64,000 nt of DNA, taken from a virus. The stretch covers positions 32,001-96,000 of the IMG/VR virus record IMGVR_UViG_3300006033_000016, one strand, 5' to 3'. The notes under the pieces were generated by a model. The model did no database searches, was not told the DNA's origin, and saw nothing but the letters and a program-made list of their open reading frames with translations. Position numbers and translations under genes: made by a program. Below are positions 56,902 to 64,000 of this stretch, in pieces. How positions within the stretch are numbered: position 1 is the stretch's first letter; the number at the start of each line of letters is the position of its first letter.

Positions 56902-58113
56902 TCAAGATGCCACCAAAAAAGATCGCACCCAAGAAAAAAGCTCACTGCGTCCTGCTGTAAGCGGAATTTCTGGAAGTGAATCTTTCTCCAAGTAACACAA
57001 TCTGAGTAATGCGTCCAGCACAATAGAGCAGTAACCATCCTCATCCAAAACAGAAGAGGACAAAAGGTCAGTAGCGCCAATAAGAAACTCTCGGAGCACC
57101 TTAGGTTCGTGCACAGAAGGTATCTGAGCTTTTACAGTGCTTATCCAAGCAGGCCTGTCGTTGACATCAGCACGTAGAAGATCCAGCAGACCCAAGGTAG
57201 TCACAAGCTTGTCCTGCAGCCTGAAACCAGAGACGACTCGTGTAAGTTGAATAGACACTGTCTTAGGATCTATGTGTGACTTGCACATGCCAGTAATTTC
57301 TGGAATCAAGGAAGACAATATAGATACCCTAGAACTATCCTTCATAGGGTAGCCTAGTGACGCAAGAGCTTCACTAGCAGAAAGCAAGTCAACCATGTAC
57401 CTGGCCTGTCTTGGGGTGACATGAAGCTTAATTTCTGTACGTAGTATGCTAACAACTTTTGTGACCAGCTCTCTCAAAGGTGTGGACTCTTCTGGTGACC
57501 TCAGGCGTACCCGCGCGGAATCCAGCAGTTCCCTAAATTCCTGCAGAGAAGAATGGGGCGCTCTTTCCACCAAGGAAGAGGGAAGGGAGAGGACGCGAAG
57601 TAGCTCCGAATCAGACAGGAAGGAAGGAAGAGATATCACTGAGAATCTAGAAACCACCGCAGGATCTAGGTAAACGGTGTCATACCCAGACCCTGGTGGA
57701 TTAGCGGCGGCAAAAACTAATTGAAGGGGGGTCTGCCTGCCCATGACCTTTCTTGTCCGTACTATTTCCATTACTTTGGAAGACACAAATGGATTAGCTC
57801 GGTTTATCTCGTCGAAAAGAACGCTGTCCGCATTCCAGATAGATATAGGGGTTGGAACGTAACCTATCTCTATTCCCTCCTTCATTGAATAAGGATTTGG
57901 ATACCCCAACAAGTCTTCAGTCTGGATAAGACGAGTGTCGTAAGGCTGGAAACGAGCCGAAGACCCTAGGGCTGCGTAGGTAAGTATCTCCGCTCCCTCT
58001 GTTTTGTTGTGTCCGTGAGTGCCAACGAATAGTATAGGAAACCGAGCCACGAGACAAGATAGTACCACGGGCTCGATGTCTCCCCACCCAACGATACCTA
58101 TTGTTTCAAGCAT
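56902..58113 (-). CDS. MoxR-type AAA+ ATPase
   Basis: variant Walker A GTHGHNKT, EDLLG, FDEINRA, AAANP, LDPAVVSRF. Confidence 0.88.
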   Translation of the reverse strand: MLETIGIVGWGDIEPVVLSCLVARFPILFVGTHGHNKTEGAEILTYAALGSSARFQPYDTRLIQTEDLLGYPNPYSMKEGIEIGYVPTPISIWNADSVLFDEINRANPFVSSKVMEIVRTRKVMGRQTPLQLVFAAANPPGSGYDTVYLDPAVVSRFSVISLPSFLSDSELLRVLSLPSSLVERAPHSSLQEFRELLDSARVRLRSPEESTPLRELVTKVVSILRTEIKLHVTPRQARYMVDLLSASEALASLGYPMKDSSRVSILSSLIPEITGMCKSHIDPKTVSIQLTRVVSGFRLQDKLVTTLGLLDLLRADVNDRPAWISTVKAQIPSVHEPKVLREFLIGATDLLSSSVLDEDGYCSIVLDALLRLCYLEKDSLPEIPLTAGRSELFSWVRSFLVAS

Positions 58114-59566
58114 ATCGAGCCGGAAGTGTGAGAGTGAAGGTAGCCATAGAGTTGAACCCGCACTTTTTAGATGAATCCTGAGTCTGTAGCAGGTATAAAG
58201 AACGAAGTGATTGCTTTAACTCTTTCCTAAGATCTGGAGAAATGCTATCGGTGTTGTCTGTAACTACTATCACATCATGGTATCCGTTATCCAGAATATG
58301 ACGTGCCACTGAGTCATAGCACGTTCCGCCTGTAGTTCGTATGAAGGTGTCGGAGGGATCCACAGATACTACCTCTGTGGAGAACTGAAAGTGCTCATCA
58401 ACGTAATCTGAGAGGTACCTGTGTACAAAAAAGACTACAGGGAAGACATCTGACATAGACCCGGATACGTCAAAGTAAAGCTTAAGCTTCCTCTGTACCA
58501 TGGGCAGTTCTACTGTCCAACTCAGGGGGTCCACGTCGGCAGCTAGGTAGAATACGTCCCGTCGATGAAGAGCTTGCAGTGATCCAGTCTTGCCTATGAG
58601 CACAGGATCTTGGCCAAAAGTAGATATGATGTCACTGGCCAAGTTGGAGGACACCACATCCTCCAATTTCTGCAAAAAATCCAAAGACTGAAGCAAGTCG
58701 AGGCAGTCAGAAGGGACAGTATCAGGAGTAAAGGAGCGAAGAATTCTCTCAAGGGCAGGATCGATGTCTCCTGGATACCTGAGGGTCTGAGGAAATGAGT
58801 CTTTTCCCGAGTCCTTGGCGTACTTAGCGGCGAGAGGGGTACTGTTCTTATTTGAGGAGGAAGAGGTACCTGCTAGATCGTCCAGTATGTCTCTGAGTTT
58901 TCCATCCTGGGGAGGAGAACTCCTCTCCAAAGCCAGGCCGATTTGCATCCATGAGGTGTATGGTATGCAAAGAGACAGAGGAGATTCACTACGGTGCGTT
59001 CGAGTCAACAAAGAGAATAGAGACGCAGGAAGAGAAAACCTTAGCCAGTCGATGTTTTTAGAGTACCATAAGGGAAAGTTCTGAAGCTGAAGGTCTCTAT
59101 ACCTAGTAGTAGATTTTTGATACAACCTTTTGCACAGGTCTGACTCTATCATAGTAGCCACGGAATCGTTTATGTACTGGTCCTCCCACATGTTACCGAA
59201 GTCAAAAGAGGAAAAGGACTCAATCCAGGATCCGTGTACCAATTCTATAAGAACGTGGCCTCGCTCATGCAATAAGACAAAGAACAAATCTGTCAGGTCC
59301 TGCAGGCTAAGAAAGAAATCTACGCCCAGAACCATTGTACCCGTATCCACTTCCATGTGAGCGGTCTGAACCTGAGAATCAAACTCTAAGTTTCTAACAA
59401 AGCTCAGGGAATGATGCAAAGGAGAATTGGATTTGGATATGCTAGACCAATGGAAAAGGGAGTCGGTAGAATACAGCAGTGACAAAAGCGCCTGTGACGC
59501 TTCCTCCAATTCGCCTCTCTCTAGATGAGTACGGATTTCCTTCACAGAACACCTTGTGGATAGCAC
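58106..59566 (-). CDS. metallopeptidase-like + vWA partner of MoxR ATPase
   Basis: LLHERGH, FDVSGSM, TGGT, VVTD. Confidence 0.8.
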   Translation of the reverse strand: MLSTRCSVKEIRTHLERGELEEASQALLSLLYSTDSLFHWSSISKSNSPLHHSLSFVRNLEFDSQVQTAHMEVDTGTMVLGVDFFLSLQDLTDLFFVLLHERGHVLIELVHGSWIESFSSFDFGNMWEDQYINDSVATMIESDLCKRLYQKSTTRYRDLQLQNFPLWYSKNIDWLRFSLPASLFSLLTRTHRSESPLSLCIPYTSWMQIGLALERSSPPQDGKLRDILDDLAGTSSSSNKNSTPLAAKYAKDSGKDSFPQTLRYPGDIDPALERILRSFTPDTVPSDCLDLLQSLDFLQKLEDVVSSNLASDIISTFGQDPVLIGKTGSLQALHRRDVFYLAADVDPLSWTVELPMVQRKLKLYFDVSGSMSDVFPVVFFVHRYLSDYVDEHFQFSTEVVSVDPSDTFIRTTGGTCYDSVARHILDNGYHDVIVVTDNTDSISPDLRKELKQSLRSLYLLQTQDSSKKCGFNSMATFTLTLPARYA

Positions 59567-59581
59567 TATGTACAGGGTTCG
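59565..59581 (-). promoter_or_regulatory. repeated phage promoter-like motif, copy 7
   Basis: minus strand CGAACCCTGTACATAGT at a gene junction. Confidence 0.5.
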
Positions 59582-60435
59582 GGCAAAATCCTTTCAAACA
59601 TGGAAGATATTCCAATAACGTTTGATTCATACGAAGAGAGCAATATGTCCCTGTCTATGGGATCCATACCATCTATATCAGAAATCTCATGATAAGAAGC
59701 TTCTTCTACCCATCCAGGTTCCTGTACCCGCATCAGAGAGCGCAAAGAGCTGGAATTAGCTTTCTGTAGCTCCACTACCAAAAAAGAGGTGTCAGGAGAC
59801 GAAAGAGAAGTTACCTCGGCCAGCAGAATGGCCAAGTCCGCAGAAATTAATCTGGCTTCGTATCTAGACGCCTCAATAAAAGAAGACGTAGTAGAGTAAG
59901 ACCACCCAAATAAAAAAGATCCCTCAGAGGGGCTTACCACTAAAGTCGAGGGAGGAAAAGACATTCTCTTGTCTCTTCTGTAAGACCACAAGAGAGATCT
60001 TAACTTGGACTCTATGTAAGGGAAGAAGTCCTCTTTGTTAGTAAACTTGTGTATGTTTTTGAAGGGAGAGCTGTTTAGGGAGAAGCGCATCAACGAATCT
60101 TTACCATACGAAACAGCTTTCCTTCTGTCAACTTCCTAGTAAGCTTTTTGCTTACCTCGTTCGGCCACACAAAGTTATCCCCATACCCCTGGTTCCTGGC
60201 GTGGACGGTGTAGCTCAAAGACTGAAACCTCTTTAGGTCACGGTTCCACACGATAGACGACACGGCGTTTCCGTTGAGGTACGTCCTAAAGTGATTATTT
60301 CCCTTTTCGTCGTCACCAAGGTACACCGTAGCGTAGTGTCGCTGATCTATTGTGGCTTGCACTGCCACAATATTTAGAGTAAGTCGCCTAAAATCAGCCA
60401 TGGATCACCACAAATAATAACAAATGACAACTAAT

Positions 60436-60900
60436 CTACCGTCGAAGGTGAGATAACACTACGCGAGAAACGTACTCTGAAATGCTGAGTCTCTTTCCGT
60501 TAACCTTGTAATCATGTACCCTTGTCTTCAATTTATGGTACTCTGCCTTTGGAATCAGTACTTCTACCATTACGTGGTCTTTTCCCGACCCATATTCTTT
60601 AGCAGTCTGGGATGAAGACATTTCTTCTTGCACTACTTCCATAAGTCTGCTTCTTTGCGCAGGAGAAGAGTAGGAAGAGTGAACTAAGTCGGAGGCGGGT
60701 CCTACCTTTCCAGCCTGCATTAGCTGAGATACTCTGTGTACCAGCTGATGAGCGTTGGCGCATAGCCAGACCAGGTTATCGTTTTCGTCCCCACCACCTG
60801 CGTGACGCGGCCTTTTATGATGCACATGACAGGTAGCTCGCGGGTAGTACTTACCCTCTATGTAGCAGATTACTATCTGATTTGGGTCCGTCACCGTCAC
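60436..60900 (-). CDS. HNH-like domain protein with possible C-terminal RHH
   Basis: HVHHKRPRHAGG...NLVWLCANAHQLVH; C-terminal SISEYV. Confidence 0.7.
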   Translation of the reverse strand: MTVTDPNQIVICYIEGKYYPRATCHVHHKRPRHAGGGDENDNLVWLCANAHQLVHRVSQLMQAGKVGPASDLVHSSYSSPAQRSRLMEVVQEEMSSSQTAKEYGSGKDHVMVEVLIPKAEYHKLKTRVHDYKVNGKRLSISEYVSRVVLSHLRR

Positions 60901-61140
60901 TCAAGAATCTTCAAATGTCCTTTGTTGAACATTTCTTTTAAGTTAGGAGACTTTCTCAACTGCGCTATGGTAGCAAATTGCAGAAGATCAACAGTGGATC
61001 CTGGACGAATAACATGATATTGCATTTGATTTCGTTCGTTCTTCCAGTAGACCAAGACCTCAGCAGTAGATCTATTGAATACTGTACAGGACCCTCCTGC
61101 CAGAGATTTGAGTAATTTTGCAGACATCTAATACCTCTTT

Positions 61141-63573
61141 TTAGGCTAAGCCGTGCTGGTTAAGTAACCTGGCGGTGTCAGAATTATGATAGGCTACGGC
61201 CTCTCCCATATTCTTAAACTTGATTTGAACTGTAGCAACAGTTTCTCCTGATGTATTGACAGAAACGTGTCCCTCACCCACTCCCTCCACTTCGCCCGGC
61301 GCAGAGGGTCTTTGAGTGGTTCTCTGAGACGTCTGTTGAGATACAGTGGTGGAGGCTGCAGCCACTCCTGCTTCCCTACCCCTTTCCGAGTCGTTGGAGG
61401 AAAAGAAGCTCCCCACGTAATTGCTTAGGTCTTCCCATGCCTCTTCTATAAAACTAGGTTCGTCAGTGGAGGGCAGAACAACCTCAGGTATGGCCCTTTG
61501 GTTGTGACGATCCCTCCCTAAAATTTCCTCACGCAAGAACTGTTGCCTTTCCAAGTCTAATCTGCTATCCTCGACCCGTTTTAGCTCTCTGTTTGCGTTG
61601 TCTAGTTGTGTTTGTGCGTTAGTTCTTGCTTCTTCTGACGTCGACTCTCTAAGTACCTTTTGGGCTTCTATGACTCCCTTCATCATTTCTTGACGTTCTA
61701 CGTCTGATGACTGCCTCATAGAAGAAAGAACTTCTTGAGGAATTTCATTAGATACTACAGACCTAGTTAGGTCTGGAAGCATGGTGTCTAGGTCTAGACC
61801 AGTGAAGTCTCCAATCATCTTGACTATGTTGGATACGTTTAGGGCGATGGCTTTTATGTAGTCTTTGATATTGAAGAGCTGTTGAATGGGATCCTTAAAA
61901 GAGAGAACAGCAGTAAGAGCACTAGACTGAAGGTTTTCGGTATCCGCTGCCTTCTCCTGAGCCTCCTCCTGGAGTTTCTGTATCGCTTCTGCCACTTCTC
62001 CAGACCTACCTTCAACGAGCATTTTGGAGTAAAGAAGCTTCTGCGAGGTAGAAAGATCACTAAGTCCATCTATACCCTCAAGGAGCCTAGAAACTACAGA
62101 CAGATCTCCACCTAACCCTTGAAGGTTAAGGTCTGACATCCTGGCGTCTAGGTCTGATTGAATGGCTGCGGATGTGCCAGCAAACAAGTTTCGGAAGTCT
62201 AAGGCCCCCATGCCGTCTCCCAAAGATTCTATGCCCTGTTCCATGGCAAGAGCGTTCTCATCCGTAGGAGCAATGCCTATAGAGGAGTAAGCGCTCTCTC
62301 TAAGGGCTTTCCGCTGGGCTTCAGACGCCCTTCCATACGTTATCTCTTCTCCTAGTTCCTCAGACAACGTCTCTTCTGCTTCTCTAAGAGCCCTAGATAT
62401 CTGACTCTGAAGTCTTTGACCAGAAAGGAAGCCAGCAGCGTCTTGTCTTTCTCCAAATAAAGAGTTAGTGAAGGCTTTGGCTATCTTTTGAGATCCCTTG
62501 ACACTGATCCCATATTTTGCTGCCTGTTCCTGCGCATAGGCGTAAGCAGCGGCCACATTATCAACTGACACCACCTGGGAGTCCAAGTTACGTGTGGCAT
62601 CGGCGATAGCTCGTACAAGATCGTCTCGTGTAGTAAACGCAAAACCCTTTATTGCGGATTCTGAGTTATTAATACGATCTGTGAGTATGTCTGCGGTTGC
62701 GGAAACCTCCCTCAGATCTTCAGCCGTTTCGGTGAAAGAACGACCAGAAGTCAAGGATCTCTCAACCAAGGTGGACAGTGCCTCTTCCGCGTTAACTCCT
62801 TGGGCTTCCAAGTTTTTTATGGCGTCCGTTACTTCTATTACTGTGTCTACAGCCCCAGCCTTGATGAGATCCATACGAGACAGTGTAACAAACTGCTCCG
62901 CAAGCTTCTGCGTTCCGTCGGTAGCGTCTGCATACCTTAACTTCAGTTCTGCCACTCCAACATTTAGGTCGTCCATTGCCTGACGGTATTTCCATATGGT
63001 GGGAAATACGTCAGACATAGCGGATCCCATGTCCCCTAATGCGCCGCCTGCTCGATCAACGGTAGAAGACAGGTCAGAAAAATCTACATTTACGTCTCGT
63101 ACCGCTCTTCCTACCTTAGGAAGTTCCCCAAACTTACGGAGATTATCGATTCCGGCCGTAAAGGGCTGAAACAGAGACCCCAATACAGTAGATGTGTCAA
63201 CAGAGTCTTGTTGCACCTCTCTGAGCGCTATCTTTATACCTTCGTATTTCTGGAGGAGAGAAGAAGACCTTTTCATCTCTTCGTTGTGATAGCGTGCACG
63301 AACTGTATCTAGATTCTTTAGAGCATCCCCCTGAGCCGACAACAGGGTAGAGGTGTTCTTAAGTTCTCTCTCGTAAGCGGAATGATCCCTGGCACGTTGC
63401 TGCATAGCTGCGGAATGGGCAGCCGCTACGCCTGCGGCTGCCCTTTCCTCATTTGCCATTGTAGAAATGAGCTTTTTTCTGGCCTGGTCATAGGCTTTCA
63501 CTGCACGGGTTTGACTCGCGATCTCTCGCTCGCCTCCCGTAGAGCCCATTCTTCCAAAGGGATTAGTAGGCAT
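61141..63573 (-). CDS. probable tail tape-measure-like protein
   Basis: 810 aa, helical, Ala/Ser/Glu-rich, no Cys or catalytic motifs; compositional call only. Confidence 0.5.
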   Translation of the reverse strand: MPTNPFGRMGSTGGEREIASQTRAVKAYDQARKKLISTMANEERAAAGVAAAHSAAMQQRARDHSAYERELKNTSTLLSAQGDALKNLDTVRARYHNEEMKRSSSLLQKYEGIKIALREVQQDSVDTSTVLGSLFQPFTAGIDNLRKFGELPKVGRAVRDVNVDFSDLSSTVDRAGGALGDMGSAMSDVFPTIWKYRQAMDDLNVGVAELKLRYADATDGTQKLAEQFVTLSRMDLIKAGAVDTVIEVTDAIKNLEAQGVNAEEALSTLVERSLTSGRSFTETAEDLREVSATADILTDRINNSESAIKGFAFTTRDDLVRAIADATRNLDSQVVSVDNVAAAYAYAQEQAAKYGISVKGSQKIAKAFTNSLFGERQDAAGFLSGQRLQSQISRALREAEETLSEELGEEITYGRASEAQRKALRESAYSSIGIAPTDENALAMEQGIESLGDGMGALDFRNLFAGTSAAIQSDLDARMSDLNLQGLGGDLSVVSRLLEGIDGLSDLSTSQKLLYSKMLVEGRSGEVAEAIQKLQEEAQEKAADTENLQSSALTAVLSFKDPIQQLFNIKDYIKAIALNVSNIVKMIGDFTGLDLDTMLPDLTRSVVSNEIPQEVLSSMRQSSDVERQEMMKGVIEAQKVLRESTSEEARTNAQTQLDNANRELKRVEDSRLDLERQQFLREEILGRDRHNQRAIPEVVLPSTDEPSFIEEAWEDLSNYVGSFFSSNDSERGREAGVAAASTTVSQQTSQRTTQRPSAPGEVEGVGEGHVSVNTSGETVATVQIKFKNMGEAVAYHNSDTARLLNQHGLA

Positions 63574-63986
63574 TACCTACGCTTGCCTCCTCCACCAATA
63601 GGACGAGAAGGTCCTTCAGAAAATCCACCAGAAGGACGTCGAGACTGACCAAACGGGTCTGCTCCGGTATATTCTGGATCATTGCGGTCGATGGCTGTTG
63701 CGCCCATCTTCCTAAGGAACTCCTCCTTTGACGCCTGCGACAAGGAGGCTGCTCCAGCAGGAACGTGAGGCATACCATACAATCCACCTTGAGAAGGTAT
63801 GGCGTGTTCTTGAAGAGACTTCATCAGTTCAGGACGCACAAGTAAAGATAATGGATAACGAAGAACTGTAGGACGAGCCGCAACAGGAGAAGCCTCCATG
63901 TCAGCTAAGGTCTTGTTACCTTTGTTGTCTTCTTCGTGCTTAGCTAGCATGTCTAGGTCTTCTTGCGTCCAAACCAGCCCGAGCAT
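63573..63986 (-). CDS. hypothetical protein, possibly truncated by window edge; position fits a tail assembly chaperone
   Basis: abuts the tape-measure-like gene. Confidence 0.4.
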   Translation of the reverse strand: MLGLVWTQEDLDMLAKHEEDNKGNKTLADMEASPVAARPTVLRYPLSLLVRPELMKSLQEHAIPSQGGLYGMPHVPAGAASLSQASKEEFLRKMGATAIDRNDPEYTGADPFGQSRRPSGGFSEGPSRPIGGGGKRR

Positions 63987-64000
63987 TCGCTCCCACCGGT

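Overview
Fragment of a large (jumbo-type) bacteriophage genome. Genes are densely tiled and almost all on the minus strand. Recognisable proteins: radical SAM enzyme, NAD-salvage set (PncB-type phosphoribosyltransferase, NadD/NMNAT-like, CinA-like), ThyA, RNase H, Ro60/TROVE (Rsr), intein-containing ATP-dependent DNA ligase, DHH phosphoesterase, HNH-RNA ligase fusion beside an RlaP-type nucleotidyltransferase, HD hydrolase, Rad50/SbcC, DnaX, MoxR-VWA pair, several HNH endonucleases and a probable tape-measure protein. I read 21 full-length tRNA genes. The main signal is an expanded set of tRNA-derived non-coding RNAs: (1) six Y RNA-like genes sharing a Ro-binding-type stem but with different apical modules, three of them apparently co-transcribed with Ro60; (2) two circularly permuted tRNA-like RNAs of a different class directly behind an uncharacterised 244-aa gene; (3) two tRNA scaffolds whose anticodon arm is replaced by a large folded domain; (4) HNH genes flanked by split or duplicated tRNA pieces (Ala, Pro, Asn). 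A repeated motif (minus strand AACCCTGNNCATANT, 7 copies) is a candidate phage-specific promoter. All calls come from manual reading and motif recall; no searches or folding programs were run.
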